A stretch of DNA of 64,000 bases from Vicugna vicugna. Its lineage: Eukaryota. Numbering within the stretch: position 1 is the stretch's first letter; every line of letters begins with the position of its first letter. The translations under genes were made by a program, and so were the position numbers. This document shows, one piece after another, positions 28,301 to 41,300 of the stretch. The stretch spans positions 1,439,061 to 1,503,060 of the forward strand of contig MU058423.1 in the NCBI GenBank assembly GCA_013265495.1, read 5' to 3'. The notes beneath the pieces are model-generated. The model made no database searches. It was not told where the DNA came from and saw only the letters and a list, made by a program, of their open reading frames with translations.

Positions 28301-29417
28301 TCAACTTTCATTTATGATAAAAACTCTCAACTAAATTAATTAATTAATTAATTAATTAAAAAACCTCTCAACTAAATGGATAGAGAGGGAACCTACCTCA
28401 ACATAATAAAGCCATATATGACAAACCCACAGCTAACTTCGTACTCAATGGTAAAAAGCTGAAAGCACTTCCTCTAAGATCAGAAACGAGTCAAGGATGC
28501 CCACACTGGCCACTTTTATTCAATATAGTAATAGAAGTCCTAATCACAGCAATTAGGCAGGAAAAGGAAATTTAAAAATATCTAAATCAGAAATAAAAAG
28601 TAAAACTGTCTCTATTTTCAGACAACATGATAATATATATAAGAAAAGCCTAAAGACTCCATCAAAAACTGTTAAAACTAATAAATAAATTCAGTAAAGT
28701 TGCAAGATACAAAATAAATACACAGAGATATGCAGCGTTTCTGTACATTATCAACAAATTATCAGAAAGAGAAATTAGTAAAATAATCTTATTTACAATT
28801 GTACCAAAAGAGAATAAAATACCTAGAAATAAATTTAACCAAAGAGGTGAAAAACCTGTACACTGAAACTGTAAACTCTGATGAAAGAAACTGAAGAAGA
28901 CACAAAAAACTGGAAAAGATATTCTGTGCTCATGGACTGTAACAATTAATATTGTTAAAATGTCCATACCACCCAAAGCAGTCTAAAGATTCAATAATCT
29001 CTATCAAAATTCCTATGGCATGTTTCACAGAACTAGGACAAATAATTCTAAAATTCATATAAAACCACAAAAGACCCTGAATAGCCAAAACAAACTTAAG
29101 AAAAAAACCCAAAGCTGGTGTTATCACACTCCCTGATTTAAAAGTATACTACATATCTATAGTAATCAAAACAGTATGATACCAGGACAAAAACAGACAC
29201 ATAAATCAATGGAACAGAATTCAGAGACCAGAAATAAACACACACATATATAAACAATCTATAATACAGGAGCAAAGAACACACAATGGGCAAAGGACAT
29301 TTTGTCAATAAATGGTGTTGGAAAAACTGGACAGCCACATGCAAAAAAATGAAACTGGACCAATATCATACACCATACACAACAATTAACTCAAAGTGGA
29401 TTAAAGAGTTGAATATA

Positions 29418-30835
29418 GATTTTTGATCAAGATGGCACAGTAGTAGGACCATGAGCTCGCCTCTCCTTGTACCTACAACAAAACCACAACTGACTGCTAA
29501 ATAACTATTAAAAAAAAGTCTGGAACCTAGCAAAAATATTTCTTCACCTGAAAACATAGAGGGAACCACAGTGGGACGGTAGGAAGAGTGTGTTATGGTA
29601 TAATCAGGCCCCATACCTACCAGGTGGGCAACCCACAAGCTGAAGAATAAGTCACAGAGGCCCTCCCACAGGAGTGAGAGTTCTTAGTACAACATCAGGC
29701 TCCTTAGCCTGGGGTTCTGGCATTGGGAGGAGGAGACCCCAGGACATATGTTTTGAAGGCTGGTAAGGCTTAATTTCAGCAACCCCCAAAGGACTGGGGG
29801 AAACAGAAACTTCACTCTCTTGGGAAGTGTACACAGTATCTTGCATGCACCAGGTCCAAGGGCAAGGGCAGTGATTTCATAAGAACTTGGGCCAGACCTG
29901 CCTGCTGGTTTTGGAAGTTCTCCTGGGGAGGTAGGGGATGGCTGCAGCTCAACCAGGGGACATAAAAGCTGGTGGTGGACATTCCAGGAGTGCTTATCTA
30001 CATGAGCTTTCCTGGAGGCTAATATCTTGATTGGATCATTAGCACCAAGACCTAGCCCTACTGACAGCCTGTAGGCTTACGGACTTGGAAGCTTCAGGCC
30101 AAACAATATACTGGGTGGGAATAGCCTGACTCATCAACAGACTTCCTGCCACAAACACCTCTAGATAAGCCTCTATATATGGCTCTACCCACCAGAGGTC
30201 CAGGACTAAGCTTCACCGAGCAGTGGGCAGGAACCAACTGCTCCTGCCAGGAAACATGCATAAGCCTCTAGTCCAGCCTCATCTACAATAGGACAGATAC
30301 CAGAAATAAGAAAACAATCCCAAAACTTGTGGAAGGAATCCACAAACACATGCCAGACTCTACACTGGGACCAGCTGGAGTCTTGCGTGACAAGAGAGGA
30401 GTGTAATGCTGGGACACATAGGATCTCTCCCACAGAAGGCCACTTCTCCAAGGTCAAGAAACATAACTAACCTACCTAAAAATACAAATAGAAAGATAGA
30501 CAATTCAAGGAGGCAGAGGAATATCTTCCAGGCCAAGGTACAAGATAAAATCCCAGAAGAAGAAATAAGTGATGAGGAGATAGATAATTTATCTAAGGAA
30601 GAATTTAGAGTAATGATGTTGAAGATGTTCAGAGAATTCAAGAGGAATATAGATGCACAAAGCAAAGTTTTTAGCAAAGAGTTGGAAAAATATAGAATAC
30701 CCAGAGTTGAAGAATAAAATTACTGAAATGAATAACACACTAGAAGGAACCAAGAATAGACTAAATGAGGCAGAAGAACAGATCAGTGAGCTAGAAGACA
30801 GATTAGTGGAAATCACTACTGCAGAACAGAAAAAC
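29418..30835 (+). mobile_element. 5'-intact, 3'-truncated L1 (5'UTR + ORF1 N-terminus)
   Basis: Begins gatcaagatggcacagtagtagg; ORF1 coiled-coil peptide (LKNKITEMNNTLEG..RLNEAEEQISELEDR); TSD agagttgaat(a/g)ta 29405-29417 / 30836-30848. Confidence 0.88.
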
Positions 30836-31984
30836 AGAGTTGAATGTAAAACCTGAAAGCATAAAATTCCTAGAAGAAAATATAGTCATAACCTCACTGA
30901 CATTGGTCTTAGCAGTGTTTTTGTGGATCAAATTCAAAGGCAAGGGAAACAAAACCAAAAATTAACAGATGGAATTACATCAAACTAAAAAGATTTTGCA
31001 CAGTGAAGGAAATCATCAACAAAACAAAAAGGAAACCTACTGAATGGGAGAAGATATTGGCAAATCATATATCTGATAAGGGATCAATATCTAAAATATG
31101 TAAAGAACACACACAAATCACTATCAAAACACCAAGCAACTTGTTTAAGAAATGGGCAGAGGATCTGAATATTCATTTTTCCAAAGAATACAGATGGCTA
31201 ACAGGCACATGAAAAATGTTCAAGATCACTAATTATCGGGGAAATGTAAATCAGAACCACAATGGGATATCACTTCACACCCTTTAGGAAGGCTATTATC
31301 AGAAAGACAAGTAACAACTATTGGAGAGGTTGTGGAGAAAATAGAACTCATGTACTGTTGGTGGGAATGTAAAATGATGCAATCACTATGAAAAACCACA
31401 TGGAGATTCTTCAAAAAATTAATAGAACTACCATATGATCCAGCTATTCTACATATGAGTATTTTTCTGAAGAATATAAAAAAGGCTAATTTGAAAAGAT
31501 ATATGCACCCCTGTATTCATTGCAGTGTTATTTATAATAGCCAAGATAGGAAAACAACCTAAGTGGTCATTGATGGATAAATAGATAAGGATGATGTAGT
31601 GTATATACATAAAATGGAATATAATGGAATAAAGAGAATAAAATCCTGCCCTTTGTGACAACGTGAAGGGACCTTAAGGGCATTATGCTAAGTAAAATAA
31701 GTTATAAGTTAAAGGTAGAAAGATATCATATGATCACTCGTATTTGGAATCTAGAAAGTAAAACAAAACATAAAAACAAAATAAACATAATAAAATTCAC
31801 AGATACAGAGAAGAAACTGGTGTTTATCAGAGGGGAAGAGCATTTGAGGGTGGGCAAAATGGTTGAAAGGAGTTAATTGTATTGTGATGAATGGTAACTA
31901 GACTTACAGCAGTGATCAGTGTTGTGTATGCAGATATTAAACTATAATGCTGTGCACCTGAATCTTCCATAATAAAAAATAGTT

Positions 31985-32990
31985 AAAATGGGAAGTTTTA
32001 TGGCATGTATAATTTAGCCACAATAAAAACACTTAAAAATAAAAATAAAACAGTACAGAACAAAATTCAAAAAGGCAACTGACACAATGGGAGAGTCATA
32101 TATCTATTAAGGGATTGATATCCAGAATATATAAAGAACTCCTAGAACTCAATTTAAAAAGACCCGCCCCAGTTCAAAAAAGGGCAAAGAACTTGAATAG
32201 ACATTTGTCCAAAGAAATTATACAAATGACTGATAAACATGTAAAAAGATATTTGATTCCATTAGTCATTAAGGAAATGAAAATCAAAACCACACTAAGA
32301 TAACATTTAACACACAGGAAGATGACTATAATAAAAAAAAATAGGAATGTAACAAGTGTTGGCAAGGATGTGGAGTAATTACTGTTGTTACTATAAAATG
32401 GTGCATCTGCTGTTGAAAATAGGTTAAATATTCCTCAAAAAGTTAAAATTACCATATGATTCAGCAATCCTAGGGAATTGAAAACAGATATTCAAAAAAA
32501 TACTTGTACATAAACGTTCATAGCAGCATTATTCACAATAGCCAAAAAGTAGAAACAGCCCAAATGTACATCAATAGATAAGTGCATAGACAAAATGTGG
32601 AATACTCATTCAATAGAACATTATTCAACCATAAAAAGGAATGAAGTATTGATACATGCTACAATGCATAGAAACCTAAAAAATATTATCCTATGTAAAA
32701 GAAGCCAGACACAAAATGTAACATATGAGGATTGTATTTATATTTTGGTAATATACCTATTACCAAAATAGGTAAATCCATAGAGGCAGAAAACAAATTA
32801 GTGGTTGGCAGGAGCTCAGAGGAGTGGGTAATGAAAGGTTACTGTTAATTTGCATCGGATCATTAAAATGTTTTGAAACTAGAGGTAATGGTTGCACAAC
32901 CTTGTGAATGTACTAAGTGACACTGAATTGTATACTTTAAATGGTTAATTTTATGTTATATGAATTTTACCTCAACAATAAAATTAAGCC
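31985..32990 (+). mobile_element. Old L1 (L1MB-like) 3' ends
   Basis: Terminus tatactttaaatggttaattttatgttatatgaattttacctcaa is typical of L1MB. Confidence 0.75.
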
Positions 32991-32999
32991 AAAAAAGTA

Positions 33000-34735
33000 A
33001 GATTACTAGAAATTTATGTAACAAAGATATGCAAGATCTTTAAGAAGAGAACTATAAAATTGTATAACAAGATATCAAAGAAGATATAAATAAATTCGGA
33101 TATATAACATCTTCATGGGTAGGAAGCCGTAACACCATAATAATGCAAATACTCCACAAACTATAGATTCAGTGAAATTCCGAACACAAAACCAAAGTTT
33201 TTAAATGAAATTTGTAAGAAAATCTAAAATTCAGTTCACACAATGTATATCATGTGACCATAATAGAATTAAGTTAGAAATCAATAACAGAAAGATATCT
33301 GAAAAAAATCTCTCAATATCTGAAAACTAAGTAATACAATTCTAAATTACCCATTGGTCAAGAAAGAAATCAAAAGGGAAATTAGAAGGTATTTTTTAAC
33401 TGAATAAAAAAAGACATCAAAATTCATAGGAGACTCTTAGAAGCTAATGTCGGAGAAAATCCAAGTGACCTTGGATGTGTTGATGACTTCTTAGTTACAC
33501 TAGAAGCATAAGCCAAAAAGGAAAAAAAAAGGTTAAACTTCATTAAAATTTAAAACATCTGCTCTACAAAAGATATTGTTAAGAGAATGAAAAGACAAGC
33601 CACAGACTGGGAGAAAAATCTTTGCAAAATACAGATCAAATGAAGTACAACTATCCAAAATATAAAAGAATTCTTAAAACTGAACAAAAATAATATGAAC
33701 AACCCAATTTAAAATAGGCAAGTGGTCTAAAAAGACATCTCCCTAAAGAAGATATGCAGATGGCAAATAAACATACAAAAAGATGTTCAGGATTATACGT
33801 CACTAGGGAGTTGCAAAATAAAACAGCGAGATACAACTACACACCTATTACAATGGCTAAAACCTAAACAATTGACAGCATCAAACACTGGTGAGGACGT
33901 GAAGCAATGGGAACTCTCATTCATTGCTGGTTAGAATGCAAAATGGTAGAGCCGCTTTGGAAGACAGTTTAGAGGTTTCTTACAAAATTAAACATACTCT
34001 TACCATGTGATTCAGCAGTTGTGCTCCTGGGTATTTAACCAAATGAATTGAAACTTTATGTCTACACAAAAACCTGCACACGAATGTTTATAGCAACTTT
34101 ATTTATAATTCCCAAAACTTGGAAGCAACCAGCATGTCCTTCAATAGGTGAATGGATAAACAAATTATGGTATATCCATGTGATGAAATAATGTTCAGTG
34201 ATAAAAAGAAATGAGCTATTAAGCCATGAAAAGACATGGAGGAAACTTAAATATGTATTACCAAGTAAAAGAAGCCAATCTGAAAGGTTACATACTGTAT
34301 GACTCCAATTACATGACATTCTTGGAAAGGCAAAACTATGGAGACAGTAAAAAGTTTAGTGGTTGCCAGGGGCTTTGGTGGAGGGAGGGAGGGAGGAAAA
34401 GAAGGAGGGATGAATGCATAGAGCACAAGGGATTTTGAGGGCAATGAAATATTCTGTATGATTCTGTAATGGTGGATACATGTCAATATACATTTATTAA
34501 AACCCATGAAATTTGCAACAAACAGTGAACCCTAACATAAACTATGGCCTTTAGTTAATCATAATGTGTATGTGTCATTGGTAAATAAATTGTAACAAAT
34601 GTTCCACAATAATGCAAGTTGTTAATAAAAGGGGAAACTGGGAAGGGGGGAGATAAAGGGGTATATGGGAGCCCTCAGTGTTTTTCAATTTCCCTGTAAA
34701 CCTAAAGTTGTTCAAAAATAAAGCCTATTAATTAA
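33000..34735 (+). mobile_element. Old L1 fragments ending in an L1MC-like 3'UTR
   Basis: aagccatgaaaagacatggaggaaacttaaat..., terminus ctgtaaacctaaagttgttcaaaaataaag. Confidence 0.75.
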
Positions 34736-34793
34736 AAAATTAATTCAAATTCGGGAAATTTATGGCAGAAATCAATTACATTGGTTTGCTTCT

Positions 34794-34870
34794 TGTATTG
34801 TTCAGGATTCAGGATTCTGCAAAGAACCAATCTTAATCTCCTGTAGAATTCTCCAGAGAACAGAGGTGTG

Positions 34871-34907
<37 letters not shown>

Positions 34908-35176
34908 ACACACACACACAAAAGTGATTTAAGTAATTGTCTCACACAATATGGAGGCTGACAAGTCCAAACTCTGCAGAATGGGCCAGCAGACTGCAGA
35001 TCCAAGGGAGAGTCAATGCTATAGTTCAAGTCCAAAGGCCATCAGTTTGGAGAATCCCCTCTTGCTCTGAAGAGGTCAGTTTTTTGTTGTTGTTGTACTA
35101 TTCAGGCCTTCAACTGATTGGATGAATGCCAACCACATTGTAGAGGGCAATTTGTTTATTCAAAGTCTACCAATTT
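34794..35176 (-). mobile_element. MLT2 (ERVL) LTR, first half; second half at 46071-46192
   Basis: ttctccagagaacagag..atggaggctgacaagtcc..ttcaggccttcaactgattggatg; split with TSD gtc(t/c)accaattt. Confidence 0.85.
34874..34920. repeat. (CA)n microsatellite inside MLT2
   Basis: Direct reading. Confidence 0.95.
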
Positions 35177-38100
35177 TTTTCACCTTCCAATTTTATTGAG
35201 ATATAATTGACGTACAGCACTGTAGAAATTTGAGAGTAGCATAATCATTTGACTTATACATTATGAAATAATTATCACAATAAGCTTAGTGAACATCCAT
35301 CATCTCATATAGATAAAAAATTTAAAGAAACAGAAAAAACATTTTTTTCCTTGTGATGGGGACTCAGGATTTACTCTCTTAACAACCTTTACATATAATA
35401 TATTGCAGTGTTAATTATATTTATCATGTTGTAAGTTATATCCCTAGTATTTATTTTATAACTGGAAATTTATACATTTTGACTTCCTTCATCCAATCCC
35501 TGCACCTCCCCTGACAACCCTAGCCTCTGGTAACCACAAAATCTGATTTCTTTTTCTATGAGTTTGTTTTTGAGGTGTAATTGACCTACAACACTGTATT
35601 AGATCCTGTTACAAAACACAGTCATCTGATATTTGTATACACTTCAAACATATCACCATAAGCCTGGTCATGTCACTGTACAAAGATATTACACAGTTAT
35701 TGACTATATTTTCCACACTGTTCATTAATACCTGTGACTCATTTATTTTGCAACTGAAAGGTTGTACCTCTTAATCTCCCTCACCAATTTCTTTCCTACT
35801 GCTTTTCTCCCCTCTGGAAATTACTTGTTTATTCTCTGTATCTATATCTTTGTTTCTGCTATGTTTGTTCATTCATTTGTTTTGTTTCTTAGAGTCCATA
35901 TACAAGTGAAATCATATAGTATATTTCTTGGTCTGACTTACTTCACTTAGTATAATATTCTCTAGGGCCATTCATGTTGTTGCAAATTGCAAGATTTCAT
36001 TAATTTTTCTGGTTGAATAATATTTCATTGTGCGTCTAACCCACACCATGCACACATCACATCTTCTTTATTCATTTATCTATTAATGGACACTTACATT
36101 GCTTCTGTATCTTGGTTATTATAAACAATACTGCAAGGAACATATGGTTGCATATATCTTTTCTAATTAGTATTTTAATTTTCTTTGGGTAAATACCCAG
36201 GAGTGGAATTGCTGACCCATATGATAGTTCTATTCTTAGTGGCTACACCATTTTACATTCCCACAAACAGCATATGGAGAGTTCCCTTTTCTCTGCAACT
36301 TCCTCAATACTTAATTTGTTGTCTTTTTGATAACAGCCATTCTAATGGGTGTGAGGTGATATCTCATTGTAGTTTTGATGTGTATTTCCCTGATGATTAG
36401 TGATGTTGAGCATCTTTTCATGTGCCTGTTGGCCATCTTTATGTCTGTGGGAAAATGTCTGGTCAGGTCCTTTGCCCATTTTATAATTAGGTTGTTTGGG
36501 TTTTGTTTTGTTTTGTTTTGTTGTGTTTATTTTGATGTTGAGCTGTATGAGTCCTTCCTATATTTTGAATATTAACCCCTATCAGATATATTATTTGCAA
36601 ATATCTTCCCTCATTCAGTAAGTGGTCTTTTCATTTTGTTGATAGGTTTTTTTGTTTTTGTTTTTGCTGTGCAAAAGCTTTTTAGTTTTATGTAATCCCA
36701 TTTGTTGCACTTGCTTAAGGGGACATATCCAAAAAAAATTACTAAGACTGGTATCAAAGAAATTACTGCCTATGTTTCCTTCTACGAGTTTAAAGAATTC
36801 TGATCTTACATTTCGGTCTTTAATACATTTGAGTCTATCTTTGTATATTGTGTGAGAAAATATTCTAATTTTATTTTTTTTTACATGTAGTTTTCCCAGC
36901 ACCACTTATTGAAGAGATTGTTTTTTCCCCAAAGTACATTCTTGCCTCCCTTGTCTACTAATTCAGCATAAGTGCATAGGTTTATTTCTGGGCTCTCCAT
37001 TGTATTTCACTGATTTATGTGTCTGTTTTTGCACCAGTACCATACTGTTTGGATTACTGTAGCTTTGTAATATAGTCTGAAGTCAGGGAGCAATTTCTTT
37101 CTCAAGATTTTTTTGACTATATGCGATCTTTTGTGTTTCCATATAAATTTTAGAGTTGTTTGTTCTAGTTCTGTGAAAAATATCATTGGTATTTTAATAG
37201 GGATTACATTAAATATGTAGATGGCTTTGGGTAGTATTGTCATTTTAACAATAATTCTTCCAATCTATGAACATGATATGCCTTTCTATCTCTTTGTGTC
37301 ATCTTCAATGTCTTTCATCAGCATCATATAGTTTTTAGAGTACAGGTTTTTTGCCTCCTTATGTAGGTTTATTTCCAGGTATCTTATTTTTATTGATGTG
37401 ATGCTAAATTAGATTATTTCCTTAATTTCTCTTTTTGATATTTCATTATTAGTGTATAGAAATACAACAGATTTCTGTATATTAATTTTGTATCCTGCAA
37501 CTTTGCCAAATTTGTTGATGAGCTCTCGTAGTTTTCTGGTAGTCCCTTTAAGATTTTCTATGTATGGTATCATGTCATCTGCAAACAATGACAGTTTTAC
37601 TTCTTCCGAATTTGGATGACTTTTATTTATTTTTCTTGTCTATTGCTGTGGCTAGGATTTCAAAACCTATATTGAATAAAAGTGGCAATAGTGAGCATCC
37701 TTGTCTTGTTCCTGATCTTAGAGGAAATACTTTAAGATTTTCACTGTTGAGTTTTGATGTTAGCTGTGGGTTTACTATATATGGCCTTTATTATGTTGAG
37801 TCATATTTCCCCTATACTCGTTTTGTTGAGAGTTTTTTTTTTTCAACTTAACGAAGGTTGAATTTTATCAAAAACATTTTCTGCACCTACTGGGATGATC
37901 ATAATATTTTTATTCTTTTTTATTCTTCATTTTGTTAATGTGGTGTATAATTACTCACATTAGTCTCAAGATCCTATGTATTTCTGTGGTGTCAGTTGTA
38001 ACTTCTCTAGTTTCATTTCTGATTTTATTGATTTAGGCCCTCTTTATTTTTAACTTGATAAGTCTGGCTAAAGGTTTATCAATTTTGTTTATTTTTTCAT

Positions 38101-38307
38101 AAAATCAGCTCTTAGTTTTACTAGCTTTTTCCCTTATTTTTAAGTCTCTATTGCATTTATTTTTGCTCTTATCTTTATGATTTCTTTCCTTTAATTTTTG
38201 AGTTTCATTTGTTCTTTTTTAAATTTCTTTAGGTGTAAGTTTAGGCTATTTATTTGATATTTCTTTTTCTTGAGATAAGCTTGTATCACTTTTAAATTCT
38301 CTTATAA
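35177..38307 (-). mobile_element. Older 5'-truncated LINE-1 (copy C) with long 3'UTR and a microhomology deletion at ~37945
   Basis: ORF2 peptide [16 protein letters not shown] (37007-37243); poly(T) at 35174-35180; inserted in MLT2. Confidence 0.88.
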
Positions 38308-38327
38308 CTGCAATGTGCAACAATTTA

Positions 38328-41300
38328 TTTATTTTTAAATATATTTTATTGAGTTATAGTCATTTTACAATGTTGTGTCAAATTCCAGTGTAGAGCACAT
38401 TTTTTCAGTTATACACGAACATATATATATTCATTGTTACATTTTTTCCTCTGTGAGCTACCATAAGATCTTGTATATATTACCCTGTGCTATACAGTAT
38501 AATCTTGTTTATCTATTCTACATTTTTGAAATCCCAGTCTGTCCCTTCCAATGCCCTGCCCCCTTGGCAACCCCAAGTTTGTATTCTATGTCTATAAGTC
38601 TGTTTCTGTTTTGTATTTATCTTTTTTTTTTAGATTCCACATATGAGCAATCTCATATGATATTTTCTTTCTCTTTCTGGCTTACTTCACTTAGAATGAC
38701 ATTCTCCAGGAACATCCATGTTGCTGCAAATGGCGTTATGTTGTCAGTTTTTGTAGCTGAATGGTATTCCATTGTATAAATATACCACTTGTTTTTTATC
38801 CAGTCAGCTGTTGATGGACATTTAGGCTGTTTCCATGTCTTGGCTATTGTAAATAGTGCTGCTATGAACATTGGGGTGCAGGTGTCATTTTGAAGTAGGG
38901 TTCCTTCTGGATATATGCACAGGAGTGGGATTCCTGGGTCATATGGTAAGTCTATTCCTAGTCTTCTGAGGAATCTCCATACTGTTTTCCACAGTGGCTG
39001 CACCAAACTGCAATCCCACTAGCAGTGTAGGAGGGTTCCCTTTTCTCCACAGCCTCTCCAGCATTTGTCATTTGTGGACTTTTGAATGATGGCTATTCTG
39101 GCTGGTGTCAGGTGATACCTCATTGTAGTCTTGATTTGCATTTCTCTGATAATTAGTGATATTGAGCATTTTTTCATGTGCCTATTGATCATTGTATTTC
39201 TTCCTTGGAAAATTGCTTGTTTAGGTCTTTTGCCCATTTATGGATTGGGTTGTTTGATTTTTCTTATTAAGTCATATGAGCTGCTTATATATTCTGGAGA
39301 TCAAGCCTTTGTCAATTTCATTTGCAAAAATTTTCTCCCATTCTGTAGGTTGTTGTTTTGTCTTATTTATGGTTTCCTTTGCTGTGCAGAAGCTTGTAAG
39401 TTTAATTATGTCCCATTTGTTTATTCTTGCTTCTATTTCTATGCTTGGGTAGACTGCCCTAGGAGAACAATTTTGAGATGTATGTCAGATAATGTTTTGC
39501 CTTTATTTTCTTCTAGGAGGTTTATCGTATCTTGTCTTATGTTTAAGTGTTTGATCCATTTTGAGTTTACTTTTCTGTATGGTGTAAGAGAGTGTTCTAG
39601 CTTCATTGATTTACATGTTGCTGTGCAGTTTTCCCAATGCCATTTGCTGAAGAGACTGTCTTTATTCCATTGTATGTTGTCGCCTTCTTTGTCAAAAATG
39701 AGTTGACCAAAAGTTTGTGGGTTCATTTCTGGGCTCTCTATTCTGTTCCATTGGTCTATATGTCTGTTTTTGTACCAATACCATGCTGTCTTGATGACTG
39801 CAGCTCTATAGTATTGTCTGAAGTCTGGGAGAGTTATTCCTCAAGCCTCTTTCTTTTTCTTCAGTAATGCTTTGGCAATTCTAGGTGTTTAGTGGCTCCA
39901 TATAAACTTTATTATGATTTATTCTAGTTCTGTGAACTATATCCTGGGTAATTTGATAGGGGTTGCATTAAATCTGTAGATTGCCTTGGGCAGTGTGACC
40001 ATTTTAACAATATTGACTCTTCCAATCCAGGAGCATGGGATATCTTTCCATTTTTTGAAGTCTTCTTTTCTTTCCTTCATCAATGGTTTATAGTTTTCCA
40101 TTCACCTCCTTGGTTATATTTATTCCTAGGTATTTGATTACTTTCAGTGCTATTTTAAAGGGAATTGTTTCTTTACTTTCATTTTCTATTGATTCATTGT
40201 TAGTGTAAAGGAACTGATTTTTGAACATTTGTTTTATTTTTTTATGGCTGAGTCATTTGGGAATATATATAGGAATATATATAAGAATATATATATATAT
40301 ATACACACACAGACACACAATGGAAAAAAGATATATATATCTCACATCTTTATTCAGTCGTCTGTTGATGGACTTTAGGTTGTTTCCACGTCTTAGCTAT
40401 TGTAAGTAGTGATTCTATGAACATTGGGATGCATGTATCTTTTTAAATTACAGTTTTCTCTGGATATATGCCCAAGAGTAGGATTGCTGGATCATATGAT
40501 AAGTCTATTTTTCATTACTTAAGGAAGCTCCTACTGTCCTCCATAGTGGATGCACCAATTTACATTCCCACCAACAGTGTAGGCAGATTTCTTTTTTGGG
40601 ATGAGAAACTTTTAATGTAATCTCTGTAAAGTTAACCTTGTAACCTGCTACCTTGCTGAATTCCTCGATCAGCTCTAGCAGTGTTTGTGTGGACCTTTTA
40701 GGGTTTTCTATATATAGTAACATGTCATCGGCTTATAGTGGCACTTTTACCCTTTCTTTTCCAATTTGGATCCCTTTTATTTCTCTCTCTTGCCTGACTG
40801 CTGTGGCTAGGACTTCCAAGACTGTGTTGAATAGGAGTGGTGATAGTGAGCAGCCTTGTCTTGTCCCAGATTTTAGTGGGAGTCTTTTGAGTTTTTCACG
40901 TTGAAAACTATACTAGCTGGTTTGTCATATATAGCTTTTATTATGTTGAGATATGTTCCCTCTACACCCACTTTGGTGAGAGTTTTTATCATAAATGGGT
41001 GTTGAAGTTTATCAAATGCTTTTTCTGCATTTATTGAGATAATCATGTGGTTTTTGTCCTTTCTCTTGTTCATGTGACGTATTACATTGATTGATTTGCG
41101 TGTGTTGAACCACCCTTGTTTCCCTGATATGAACCCCACTTGATCATGATGTATAATCTGTTTTATGTGCTGTTGGATTCTATTTGCTAGTATTTTGGTG
41201 AGGGTTTTTTCATCTATGTTCATCAGTGATATTGGCCTATAATTCTCTCTTTTGGTAGTGTCATTTCCTGGTTTTGGTATCAGGGTGATGGTGGCTTCAT

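Larger units (their letters stand above)
24230..31980 (+). mobile_element. Near full-length older LINE-1 (5'UTR, ORF1 ~25135-26030, ORF2 from ~26515, 3'UTR), interrupted at 29418-30835
   Basis: EN motif IKQEDITFINIYAPNIGAPKYIKQ..IIVGDFNTLL (26794-27003); RT and C-terminal motifs; many stops. Confidence 0.9.

Noticed and set aside
20385..38327. Inversion of the interval between inverted L1 copies A and B
   Set aside because: Both copies retain their own matched TSD pairs, which a crossover would have swapped.
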